From NCBI GenBank assembly GCA_964525635.1, contig CAZGJX010000032.1:1-36785 (forward strand): a stretch of 36,785 bases of DNA. Reading direction: 5' to 3'. Both the position numbers and the translations under genes were made by a program. The notes below the pieces were generated by a model that saw only the letters and a program-made list of their open reading frames with translations, made no database searches and was not told where the DNA came from. Source of the DNA: an uncultured archaeon. GTDB taxonomy: Archaea; Asgardarchaeota; Lokiarchaeia; Sigyniarchaeales; SOKP01. Shown here piece after piece: positions 18,191-27,929 of this stretch. Each line of letters starts with the position of its first letter. The first letter of the stretch is position 1.

Positions 18191-19165
18191 ATGGAATTCT
18201 ATTATAACTTTGAAAACTTTGATATTACCCAGCTGATTGAAAAATACGAAGGAGAACGGTTAGATGATCTATTACCAAATCAGAGAATTATCTCAAATGG
18301 AATGGGAGAATTTTTAGAGTTTTATTGGGAATGTAAAGAAATTCCAAAAGAAATTAGTATTTCAAAAACAAAAACAAAATTATTAAGAAACTTAAAAACG
18401 GTATATTATGTTGGAGAAATCACAGAACAACATTTAATGGGGAGAGGTGTTAAAACACTCTATGATCTAAGAGCAAACTTAAAATTCCGAAAATCAGCAA
18501 ATATTATAATAGATTTAATAAAACAAAAAGATCATCATTGCCTTTTAAGAAATAAATCTATTTATGATTTAGATATTTCTTTCTGCTTTTGTAAAGAAGA
18601 TCTCCTATTTATTGATATAGAAACATTAGGATTATACGATAGTCCTATTATAATTGTTGGTTTAGGATATTATGAGAATGGTAAATTTATTATTAACCAG
18701 TATTTCACAAGAGGTTTAGAAGAGGAAATTGCTATATGTGAAGAATTAAGAGCCAACATTTTTCCTAAATACAAATGTTTTATTTCATATAATGGTAAAA
18801 GTTTTGATATTCCCTATTTAGCAAATAGATTTTTATATTATTTTGATGAAAATCCTATGATATTTGAAGATGAAACTCCTTATAAAGTGTTTAATACTAA
18901 ATATGGACATATTGATCTCTATCATAACTGCAGACGGAAATTTAAGGGTAAATTTCCAAATTATGAACTAACAACTATTGAGAAAGAGCTATTGAATTGG
19001 ACGAGAAAAAACGAATTACCTAGTAATTTAGTGGGACTATGTTATAGAAAATATTTGAACGATCCAAATAAATACGTTGGACTTATTAAAGAGTGCCTTG
19101 AACATAATTATTATGATATTTATTCAATGCCACTTATATTTGAGAAATTGTTGAATAAAAATTAA
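18191..19165 (+). CDS. YprB/RNase_H_2-like DEDD-type 3'-5' exonuclease with HhH-like segment
   Basis: FIDIETLGL, SYNGKSFDIPYL, HIDLYH..RR, L..IEKELL, HNYYDI motifs; V..VGEITE..L...G HhH-like motif. Confidence 0.85.
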   Translation: MEFYYNFENFDITQLIEKYEGERLDDLLPNQRIISNGMGEFLEFYWECKEIPKEISISKTKTKLLRNLKTVYYVGEITEQHLMGRGVKTLYDLRANLKFRKSANIIIDLIKQKDHHCLLRNKSIYDLDISFCFCKEDLLFIDIETLGLYDSPIIIVGLGYYENGKFIINQYFTRGLEEEIAICEELRANIFPKYKCFISYNGKSFDIPYLANRFLYYFDENPMIFEDETPYKVFNTKYGHIDLYHNCRRKFKGKFPNYELTTIEKELLNWTRKNELPSNLVGLCYRKYLNDPNKYVGLIKECLEHNYYDIYSMPLIFEKLLNKN

Positions 19166-19227
19166 CAATTTTGATTTGTTTTTCTAGTACATCTTAAATC
19201 TAATTTTAGATTAATATTAATGTGAAT

Positions 19228-20427
19228 ATGTATAAAAAGCAAAATCAATATGATTATACACTTGAAACATTCAAATCAATTCAAAATAAATTAGATAAAG
19301 ATTTTAAAAATAAACTTCATGAAAAAAAGGTTTTTTTGGCAATTGATGGATTTATTGATTCAATTTATTCTATGATTAAAACACGTAGTAGCTCGGATAT
19401 ATATCAAAGATTTAATACTATAAATGAATTAGCTGATCGTTTATATGAAATAAAGGGAAGTTCTGGAAATATTGAGCTTAAATTAAAGAAATCTACAATA
19501 GGGGGATTCGTCCCAAATAATGCAAAAGCTTTAAGTTCTTTAGGTATTAAAATATTTCTTTTAGGGGCATTGGGATATCCCCAAATCAATAATATTTTCA
19601 AACCACTGATATCAAAGAAAAATGTGGAGATTTGTTCAATAGCAAATCCTGGAAAAACAATAGGACTAGAATTTAATGATGGCAAAATTATGCTCTCTGA
19701 TTTAGAAGATCTTTCAGAAATAAATTGGAATTTATTAGAACAAAGGATTGATATGGAAAAACTTATTAAAAACCTTGAGAATTCAAATACAATTGGATTT
19801 GGATATTGGGGATTAACGCAAGAATTATCAGATATATGGAAACATTTAGTAGAGGAAATTTTTCCATCTATTAATAATTTAAATAAAAAACTTTTTTCAA
19901 TAGATTTAGGTGATTTTAAAAAGCATAATAAATCAAGTATTCTGGAAATGATTGAAGTACTTAAAAATATCGAGGAGCAAATCCCTGTCTTATTAAGCTT
20001 AAATGATCAAGAAGCAATTGATCTCTCTAAATCCCTTAACGATAACAACACAATTCCTCTCAATAAAAGAAATAAAGAAGATTTCATCTTTAGAGGTAAT
20101 ACAATTAACAAAAAGATAAATTTATCTTATATTGTAATACATTCACCCCACTTTGCAACAATATCTTTAAAGAATGATAAAAATCATTTTTGGATAACTG
20201 AAGGATTTACCTCAAAACCATCTTTTACAATTTCTGGTGGAGATCATTTTCTTTCTGGCGTTATTGCAGGTTTTTTAGGTGATTTAAAACCTCCAGAAGC
20301 AATACTTATGGGTAATGCATTAACGGCTACTTTCGTTAGAACAGGAACTTCTCCTAGATTTGGACAATTAAAAGAATTTATAAAAAAATATATGGAATAT
20401 ATCTATAAAGATAATCCTTTTTTTTAA
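19228..20427 (+). CDS. PfkB/ribokinase-like carbohydrate kinase
   Basis: DGFIDSI, GGFVPNNA.AL, LSLNDQEA, C-terminal TISGGDHFLSG anion-hole motif; start at ATG 19228 or GTG 19222. Confidence 0.75.
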   Translation: MYKKQNQYDYTLETFKSIQNKLDKDFKNKLHEKKVFLAIDGFIDSIYSMIKTRSSSDIYQRFNTINELADRLYEIKGSSGNIELKLKKSTIGGFVPNNAKALSSLGIKIFLLGALGYPQINNIFKPLISKKNVEICSIANPGKTIGLEFNDGKIMLSDLEDLSEINWNLLEQRIDMEKLIKNLENSNTIGFGYWGLTQELSDIWKHLVEEIFPSINNLNKKLFSIDLGDFKKHNKSSILEMIEVLKNIEEQIPVLLSLNDQEAIDLSKSLNDNNTIPLNKRNKEDFIFRGNTINKKINLSYIVIHSPHFATISLKNDKNHFWITEGFTSKPSFTISGGDHFLSGVIAGFLGDLKPPEAILMGNALTATFVRTGTSPRFGQLKEFIKKYMEYIYKDNPFF

Positions 20428-20468
20428 AAAATAAAAAAAGAATTATTAATACCTATTTTCAGTTAGAT

Positions 20469-20591
20469 ATGATTAATCCTTCAAACAAAGTATTAAAAGC
20501 GTTCAATATTAGACAAAAATCTAAAAAAATTAATGGAGGACAGGGAAATACATTTAAATGTATTGTAATATTTAAAAAACAATTTATATAA
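20469..20591 (+). pseudogene. Possible N-terminal remnant of an aminoglycoside-phosphotransferase-like kinase
   Basis: 40-codon frame MINPSNKVLKAFNIRQKSKKINGGQGNTFKCIVIFKK resembles the P...VL.AF.......(L/I).GGQG..(F/W) N-lobe pattern recalled from memory; no continuation. Confidence 0.3.
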
Positions 20592-20737
20592 AATGAGAAG
20601 AAAATCACTCCATTGGAAATATAAAAAAATTTTTTTTTAATTTAGTAAATTTAAAAATGGACTCCGAAAGTAATATATTAAATTGATTCATTTTCTTCTT
20701 AATAACAAAATTCAATTTATAATAATAGAAACATAAA

Positions 20738-21409
20738 GTGATTAATGTGATATTACAAGAAACTGGATTAGAAATCTTTTATGCAGAAGTAGCAAAACTA
20801 GGTGCTTTTTTTCTATTACTTCTTGGAGTTATATGGATTTTATATGGAGTATATGAGGGTAGGAGAAGGGGATCATTTAAAAAACGAAAGACTGAGGATT
20901 GGGATTATAAGATAACAAAATTCCTGAAAGCATTAACATATATTGGTTTTATTATTGGTGTTTTAGCAATGATTTCTGGTGTTGGATCTTTGATGCTAAA
21001 TGAACCTCCAAGTGTTGCTTATAGTGCTACTATTGCTCATAGACGTAATTTATTTACCTGTATTGTTTTGATTTTATTAGGTTTTATAACTTTTCTAAAG
21101 CCCGCAAATGACCTACCTATGGCAGCAATTATAGGTTGTTTGGTTGCAATAGGTGTAACTTTTATCGTAGCTATGATGATCCCTCAAAAGTACAAAGATG
21201 CTATAGATGAAATTATAGATTATAGAATTGTATTGGGTATTATATTCTTTATATTATTTGCTATAGTTGGGCTTACTATTAAATTTTACACAGCAGGATT
21301 TATGGCTCTATCTAAAGCATTTTCCTGGCCTCCTATTGCTATAATTGTTGCAGTATTCTGCTTTATCCAAGGTACATTGTTATTAACTGCTGGAGTATCA
21401 ATAATATAA
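20738..21409 (+). CDS. Integral membrane protein (about 6 TM), unknown function
   Basis: Six hydrophobic stretches; basic loop RRRGSFKKRK after TM1; GTG start. Confidence 0.8.
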   Translation: MINVILQETGLEIFYAEVAKLGAFFLLLLGVIWILYGVYEGRRRGSFKKRKTEDWDYKITKFLKALTYIGFIIGVLAMISGVGSLMLNEPPSVAYSATIAHRRNLFTCIVLILLGFITFLKPANDLPMAAIIGCLVAIGVTFIVAMMIPQKYKDAIDEIIDYRIVLGIIFFILFAIVGLTIKFYTAGFMALSKAFSWPPIAIIVAVFCFIQGTLLLTAGVSII

Positions 21410-21444
21410 TAATTCTATATTTTATTTTTTTCCTTAATTTTTTT

Positions 21445-22557
21445 TTAAAATAAAGAAAATTTAGATGAAGAATTTATATTTATCTTTCCTATAATATAAT
21501 CTTTTAAATCAAATGAACAATTTTGGCATCTGATTTCATTATTAATATTTATATTTGATATTCTATAACCCTCTCTTTTGATAAGTATATTTTTACATTT
21601 TGGACAATAAGTATTACTTCCTTCATCATGTCTAATATTTCCAACATAGGGAAAATATAAACCTATTTTTCTTGCTATTTTATATGCCATATTTAATGTG
21701 TCAAATGGAGTTCTTTTCCGAGAGGGAATTTTAAAATCAGGATGATATGCTGAAAAATGTATAGGAGTACCTTCTCCCAAATTATTTTTGACCCAATTAC
21801 ATAATTTTTTAATGTCTTCCTCTGTGTCATTCATATCAGGAATAATTAAATTCGTGATTTCTACATGAATTCCATTCTTCTTAAAAGTTATAGCTGTATC
21901 CAAAACAGGTTGAACTGATTTTGCGCCACAGATTTTTTTGTAAAATTCATCTGTCATACCCTTAATATCAATATTAGCTGCACCTATTCCTATTTCTATG
22001 AGTTCTTTTGAAGCTTCAGGAGTAGAAAATCCATTTGTTACTAAAATTGTTTTAATATCTTCTTTATGAAGCAATTTAGCAGTATCGATTATCCATTCAT
22101 GCCATATTAGGGGTTCGTTGTATGTGTATGCTAAAGTTTTTGCTCCACTTTTTACTACTTTTTTTACAAGGTCTTCAGGAGATATCTCATATAAGGACAT
22201 TTTTCTATCTTTATAATCTTCTAATTCATAATATCCTCTTTTCCCATTCTCACTTGGACAGGCTTGACTTATAGACCAATTTTGACAATTAAGACATCGA
22301 AAAGAACAACCTATTGATGCAATAGAAAAAGCAATACTACCTGGCCAATAATTATATAATGGTTTTTTTTCAATTGGATCAAGGCTACCTGATGAAATAA
22401 GCGAACCATAGATTAAGGTATATAATTCCCCATCAATATTTTTTCTTGTCCTACAGATTCCTATCTTATCAGACGAAATTATACATTCATTTGCACAAAC
22501 ATGACATTTTACTTTATTATTTTCTAATTTAGTCCATAATCGTGCTTTAATTTTCAT
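21445..22557 (-). CDS. amrS: AmmeMemoRadiSam system radical SAM enzyme
   Basis: N-terminal C..C...C.......G.C, DPIEKKPLY...PGS, CSFRCLNCQNWSISQ (CxxxCxxC), AYTYNEP, ANIDIKG, PIHFSAYHP, YVGN, C-terminal CPKC...C..C. Confidence 0.9.
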   Translation of the reverse strand: MKIKARLWTKLENNKVKCHVCANECIISSDKIGICRTRKNIDGELYTLIYGSLISSGSLDPIEKKPLYNYWPGSIAFSIASIGCSFRCLNCQNWSISQACPSENGKRGYYELEDYKDRKMSLYEISPEDLVKKVVKSGAKTLAYTYNEPLIWHEWIIDTAKLLHKEDIKTILVTNGFSTPEASKELIEIGIGAANIDIKGMTDEFYKKICGAKSVQPVLDTAITFKKNGIHVEITNLIIPDMNDTEEDIKKLCNWVKNNLGEGTPIHFSAYHPDFKIPSRKRTPFDTLNMAYKIARKIGLYFPYVGNIRHDEGSNTYCPKCKNILIKREGYRISNININNEIRCQNCSFDLKDYIIGKININSSSKFSLF

Positions 22558-22824
22558 TTTTGATGACCATTTTTATCAATTGTGATTATAATATCTTTTA
22601 AAATATCGTTGGATATATTCATTTTGAAATTGAATTCAATTTTAAAGAAAAGTTGGAGTAATTATTGAAATGTTATAATCCTTAGCTATTATATTTATAA
22701 TTGAATAAATAAGTTTTTCTGTTTTTTTTTCTTTTAGACATTATCTTAAATAAGAATTTTGTAAAAATAATGCTTCTTCTAAAAAAAAATATTAATCTAA
22801 AAATCAAATTCCTTATGTATTAAT

Positions 22825-23745
22825 ATGTCAAATAATGAAAAAATAGTAAATAGAAAAGATATTGATCAAGTTATCAAAGAAAAAAAGAAGTATCTAAAAG
22901 AATTGGAGAAGTTTGGTATAAATTCGGATTATATAAGAGAATTAAGTGATTTATCACTTATTTTACTTGAAGGAGAATATTATGATGAAGCAGAAAATAA
23001 TTTTTCATTATGTTCTGATTTTTTTATAAAGCAAAATGATCGATTAGGACAGGCTACTGTATTAGGTATTTTAGGTACTCTTTATTTTAAGAAAGGAGAT
23101 TTTCAAAAAGCTATTCATACCTATAATAATGCTAAAGTAATATATGAAGAGATGAATCAATTTTCTGATTTAATTATATGCTTAAAAGGGATTGGAAATA
23201 GTTATATCAATTTAAATCAATTAAAAAAAGGAAATGAAATCTTTCTCGAATGTTGTTCAATATGTTCTGATAAAAATGATATAGCAAACTTTTTAGACTG
23301 CTTAAATAATTTAATTTTTATTCATGAATCATTGGAAAATTGGGAAATTGTGTATGAGTTATATATTAAAAGTCTAAATGCATTTTCTAGTTTAAAAGAC
23401 AGTAGAGGAAAAATTGTTTCTTATTTCAATTTAGGAATATTAGAAAAAAGAAGTAAGAACTATGAAAAAGCGTTGAATTTCTTTAAAAAAGGAACAATAT
23501 TGGCAATTGAATCGAATTATTCAGAATTAAAATTTAAAGGATTATTCTATAAAGGAGAATGTTCTGTATTTATAGGAAAGATTGATGAAGCTAAAGAAGC
23601 TTTTTTAAAAGGATTATATTTAGGAAGAAAATTAAAAGCTAAAAATACAAATATACAAATCAAACTGCTTTTGAATTCAATTGGATTAACAGATCTTCAG
23701 ATAGAAGAAGAATTGGATAAATATGAAATAAGAAAGAATTTTTAA
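22825..23745 (+). CDS. Tetratricopeptide repeat protein
   Basis: About 40-aa TPR-like repeats: LGTLYFKKGDFQKAI, IGNSYINLNQLKKG, LGILEKRSKNYEKAL, KGECSVFIGKIDEAK. Confidence 0.88.
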   Translation: MSNNEKIVNRKDIDQVIKEKKKYLKELEKFGINSDYIRELSDLSLILLEGEYYDEAENNFSLCSDFFIKQNDRLGQATVLGILGTLYFKKGDFQKAIHTYNNAKVIYEEMNQFSDLIICLKGIGNSYINLNQLKKGNEIFLECCSICSDKNDIANFLDCLNNLIFIHESLENWEIVYELYIKSLNAFSSLKDSRGKIVSYFNLGILEKRSKNYEKALNFFKKGTILAIESNYSELKFKGLFYKGECSVFIGKIDEAKEAFLKGLYLGRKLKAKNTNIQIKLLLNSIGLTDLQIEEELDKYEIRKNF

Positions 23746-23912
23746 TATCTTAATAAAATAAATATAATCTTTCATATTTGCAACAAATCTATAAAATATT
23801 AATAAAAGAGAAAGAAGAAGATAAATAATTTTTACTATTATTTTTATATAAGACTTAGTGTTTTATATTTTTTAAAATCATATTCTTGAAAAAAAAGTTA
23901 AATAGTATTAAA

Positions 23913-25352
23913 ATGATAAACTGTCCCTATTGTAATGAAAAACTTGAAAAAAATTGGTATTATTGCCATTCCTGTAACAAACCCTTAATTATGAATTTAG
24001 ATATTGAGGATATTCATAAAAAAACCTCTCATATGAATAGTTTTCAGTCTGATCCTCTCTCTAACAGCAATGAAAATTCCGATTTTCAAATCGATATGAT
24101 TGAAGATATAGATCTTGATAATAAAATTATGGAAATTGAACAAAAAATAAATAATTCCTCTAAAAATGAAGTTTCTATCGGGGATCTATTTTTACAAAAG
24201 GCAAGTCTTTATTATAAGAAAAGAGATTTATTGACAGCTCAAAAAGAACTTGAAAATGCTTTAAAAAATTTTGAAATTGAGGAAAATCAATTAAAAATAG
24301 CCATTACTCATAATGAAATAGGATTGCTAAAGGAAGATTTAGGATATTTTGAAGATTCTATTTATCATTTTGATAGATCAATTCAAATATTACAAAATTT
24401 GGAAGAATATAAAAAACTTGTCCAAGTTTATAATAATATTGGAAATGCTTACCTTCAAATTAAAGATATTGAAAATGCCTATAAGTATTATCAAAATGCA
24501 ATCGACATATCTGAAAAAGAAAATATCGTATATGAGGAAATAAAATCATTAAGTAATTTAATTGAAATTTTATTCGTTTTGAAGGATTATGACAGAATTA
24601 AAAAAATATTGAAAAGATTAGAAGATTTCTTTAATAATAATAAGGATATATATGGTTTAATTACAACTACCTTGAAATATGGAAAATTATATTTTTTCCT
24701 TGGAGAAAATTACTATGATACCTCTTATGATAAATTAATAGATGCTTTAGATCTTGTCAATAAGATTGAAAATCAAGTATCATTATATCTAAAATCAAAA
24801 TTAGTATGGGAAATATATCTATATTTAGGAAAAATTAATTTATTACGGAATAATAATAGTGAAGCTGAAAATTATTTATTAAAAAGTTTGGAATGTGTAA
24901 GGTTATATGAGGTTGGTAATGACAATATAAATGAAAGTATTATATTAGACTCAATTGCGACGCTTTATGAAAATAAAAAGGAGTATGAAAAAGCTATTGA
25001 ATATTATCAATTATCTAGTGAAATATATTTTAAATTCGGAGAGGACTATAAAACAGCTGAACTAAAATTAAAAATAGGATTCATTTATCTTAAATTTAAG
25101 AAAAATAGTTTAAAATCAATCGATTTTTATGAACAAGCATTAAAGATATATGAGGAAATTGAATATTTTAAAGAATCAGCTGATATATATAATATTTTAG
25201 GTGATATTTATATTGAAAAAGGTTTAATAGATATTGCCTTATCACATTTTGAAAAAGCTAAAAATCACTATAAAGAGCTTAATGATGATTATAATTCAGA
25301 ATTAGTTAATGAAAAAATCAATTCTTTAATGGATTTAAATATAAGAGATTAA
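23913..25352 (+). CDS. Zinc-ribbon plus tetratricopeptide repeat protein
   Basis: CPYC...CHSC ribbon then multiple TPRs (NEIGLLKEDLGYFEDSI, NNIGNAY, LGDIYIEKG); start likely ATG 23913 rather than TTG 23886. Confidence 0.88.
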   Translation: MINCPYCNEKLEKNWYYCHSCNKPLIMNLDIEDIHKKTSHMNSFQSDPLSNSNENSDFQIDMIEDIDLDNKIMEIEQKINNSSKNEVSIGDLFLQKASLYYKKRDLLTAQKELENALKNFEIEENQLKIAITHNEIGLLKEDLGYFEDSIYHFDRSIQILQNLEEYKKLVQVYNNIGNAYLQIKDIENAYKYYQNAIDISEKENIVYEEIKSLSNLIEILFVLKDYDRIKKILKRLEDFFNNNKDIYGLITTTLKYGKLYFFLGENYYDTSYDKLIDALDLVNKIENQVSLYLKSKLVWEIYLYLGKINLLRNNNSEAENYLLKSLECVRLYEVGNDNINESIILDSIATLYENKKEYEKAIEYYQLSSEIYFKFGEDYKTAELKLKIGFIYLKFKKNSLKSIDFYEQALKIYEEIEYFKESADIYNILGDIYIEKGLIDIALSHFEKAKNHYKELNDDYNSELVNEKINSLMDLNIRD

Positions 25353-25363
25353 GAATTAATTCT

Positions 25364-26008
25364 TCATTCTAAAATAAAATCCTCTTTAGTATATGTTTTT
25401 ACTCCGTATTCTATAAATCCTAATGATTTAATAAAAGATATAGATGTTTTATTTTCTTTATAGACCTCGCATTTTAATTGTTTTACATTATTGTCTTGAA
25501 AATAATTCCAAGCAGCAATACTTAATACCGTTCCAAGACCTTTTCTTTGAAATCGAGGCAAGACACCTAGTCCTGCGATAATTCCAACTTCATTATTAGA
25601 ATCCTCGAAATCAAGGATAATAAATCCTCCATCAGTTCCATAAACTTTCGCAATAAGTATAATTGTATCTTTATATTCAAAGATTTTTTTTAGAGAAATA
25701 AAATCAATAGGTCGAAAAGGTTCATTTGCAGTCATCCAAGCTTTATTATGAATTAACATGACGATCTCTAAATCATCTTCATTTGCCTTTCTAATTTTAG
25801 CATTTAAAAAACTTTTTTCAACTTTTTTCTTAATTTCATTTTTAAATTCAGGTGTTATTTTTTTTACATCTAATTGCATTTGTAAATATGTTAGTCCTTC
25901 GAGTTCAACTTTTTCTATTAATTTTTGTGTGATTTCACTATAGGGTTGTAAGGATAAGAAAAAGCTCCTTATTCTCTTTTTCTTTAAACCAATCTTGGAT
26001 TCAGGCAT
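25364..26008 (-). CDS. GNAT family N-acetyltransferase with N-terminal extension
   Basis: IRKANEDD, LGVLPRFQRKGLG motif A, EV...N..S..F.KSLGF motif B. Confidence 0.9.
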   Translation of the reverse strand: MPESKIGLKKKRIRSFFLSLQPYSEITQKLIEKVELEGLTYLQMQLDVKKITPEFKNEIKKKVEKSFLNAKIRKANEDDLEIVMLIHNKAWMTANEPFRPIDFISLKKIFEYKDTIILIAKVYGTDGGFIILDFEDSNNEVGIIAGLGVLPRFQRKGLGTVLSIAAWNYFQDNNVKQLKCEVYKENKTSISFIKSLGFIEYGVKTYTKEDFILE

Positions 26009-26112
26009 TTTAAATTATCTTATTTTATTAGAATTATTAAAAAAGAAATTATATAATAAAAAATAAAAAAAAAATTTCTTTCAATATATGAAAAAAAAAC
26101 CTTAAAGATTAT

Positions 26113-27753
26113 TTATCTTTTTATCTTAAATTGAATTGACTCCTTTATTGTTCTTTCTATTTCCTCATTAATAAAATTTTTCCTTCTTAGAAATGAGAGC
26201 CCTTCTTGTATTCTTTTTTCAAAATTAGGTTCCTTCAAATAATTCATTGAAGAAATACTGAATTCGAAGTTAGATCTTAACACCATATCATTTGCTACTT
26301 TTTCTTTTACTTCTGTCTTTAGATCAATAAAAGCATCAGATGCCTCTTCATATGTAATATTTGGACTTTCTAGAATATAACCTGGAACTACTATTTTCAT
26401 ATTTTCCTCCATCATAGTTTCATCTTCAATGAACATAGCATAAATTGGCATATAGATCCATTGAATTGGTTTAGCAAAGAGACTTGCTTCATTATCTTCA
26501 ATTGACCATTTTTGTAATTCTTTTATCTCATTTAGACAATCTTGAATTTTACCTTTTATCAATTTCTTAATATTTGAAAATTCAGTTTCGATTTTTTTTT
26601 TTAAATTGTCGATTTCTTCGATTTGACTTCCTCTTTCTCTTTCAAAATTAGAGATTTGAAAATCTCTATCTTGTAATTCACGATTCAAGCTCTCTTCAAA
26701 CGATTTTATTTTTTCATTAGCATTAGAATTGATATTAATTTCCTGTTGTTTTATTTCATTAAACTTCTCTCTAATTAAATTTACATTCTCTATTAATGAT
26801 TCACTTTCTTGAATTAAAAAATCAAAATGTTTTTCAACACTTGGTACTAAATCATTAAAGGATCTTCTTCTTAAAACATCACTACTACAAAAAAATCTAT
26901 TTCTTTTTAATATGTCTTCAATAATTCTCTCCAAAGTTATAAATTGAGTTGCTATATTATTAACTAATTTCTTTTTCTCGTTGACTTTCTCTTGATCAAT
27001 TTTATCTTGTTCTAATTCCATCTTCTTTTTAATTTGATCTTTATCAATAGAAATGGCACTTTTCTTTATTTGAGAATCATAGCGTAATTTAATATCTTTT
27101 AGTTGAACATTTAGATCGAGTAACCATTTATCTATTTCATTTCCTATTAAATCAATTTGAGTTTCCCATCTATATGCATTCCCTTTTAATGTATTGATAA
27201 TATTTCGATAAACTTCTGCTAGATCTATTGCAGCTTCAGTTGTTAAATTTGTATCTAATGGAACATACCCTTTAATGGATTTATATTCTAGATGAGGAAT
27301 TAATTTAATTAACGATCTTAGAAATTCCGGATCAGTTAAAGCTTCAATTTTAAGAACTTTATATTCTGATTCTTCACCTTCTCCAAGTTCTTCAGCATCT
27401 TTATCCTTGTAGGTTAAAATATCTTTAATAATATCCAATTGTTCATTTTTCGTTCGATTATCTATATTTCTTAAAATATGCCCAATTAATGGCTGTCTTG
27501 GAGCATTTGTTAGTTTTCCCTTTTTTGAATAAAATTTTAATCCATCTAATATTAAATGAGCTGAAACAAGACCTTGTATAGATAATAATGGCCATAGAAG
27601 TCGTGTAAAGGACAAGATTTTGTGATTATTTTCTAAATCTTTAGATAACAAATAAAATGCAAAACATAATTCATCATTCTCTTCAAGAATGGGCTGATTA
27701 GTAGATTTCTTTAAAAATAACGGTAAAATATATTGATTCCCATGAATTGACAT
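26113..27753 (-). CDS. Hypothetical protein with long central coiled coil between globular N- and C-terminal segments
   Basis: Heptad-like K/E/Q-rich helix at approx. aa 175-415; LLWPLL...LILDGL and WIYMPIYAM flanks. Confidence 0.82.
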   Translation of the reverse strand: MSIHGNQYILPLFLKKSTNQPILEENDELCFAFYLLSKDLENNHKILSFTRLLWPLLSIQGLVSAHLILDGLKFYSKKGKLTNAPRQPLIGHILRNIDNRTKNEQLDIIKDILTYKDKDAEELGEGEESEYKVLKIEALTDPEFLRSLIKLIPHLEYKSIKGYVPLDTNLTTEAAIDLAEVYRNIINTLKGNAYRWETQIDLIGNEIDKWLLDLNVQLKDIKLRYDSQIKKSAISIDKDQIKKKMELEQDKIDQEKVNEKKKLVNNIATQFITLERIIEDILKRNRFFCSSDVLRRRSFNDLVPSVEKHFDFLIQESESLIENVNLIREKFNEIKQQEININSNANEKIKSFEESLNRELQDRDFQISNFERERGSQIEEIDNLKKKIETEFSNIKKLIKGKIQDCLNEIKELQKWSIEDNEASLFAKPIQWIYMPIYAMFIEDETMMEENMKIVVPGYILESPNITYEEASDAFIDLKTEVKEKVANDMVLRSNFEFSISSMNYLKEPNFEKRIQEGLSFLRRKNFINEEIERTIKESIQFKIKR

Positions 27754-27929
27754 TTATATCCCTTTTAATTTTAATAATAATATAGTATAAATTTTTCCTA
27801 TTAATCTTTTTACATAAACTCATAGTTTTAAATCTAATTAGATTATTGATTCTATTAATAATAATTTAGAATAACTTTATAATTAAAAAAATGAAAATTA
27901 AAGGTAATCTTTCTTATTTTTTATTCTAT

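Noticed and set aside
19404-19685. 93-aa minus-strand ORF
   Set aside because: Antisense shadow of the PfkB-like gene
20547-20564. Perfect 18-bp palindrome AATACATTTAAATGTATT
   Set aside because: About one such palindrome is expected by chance in a window this AT-rich; no supporting copies seen
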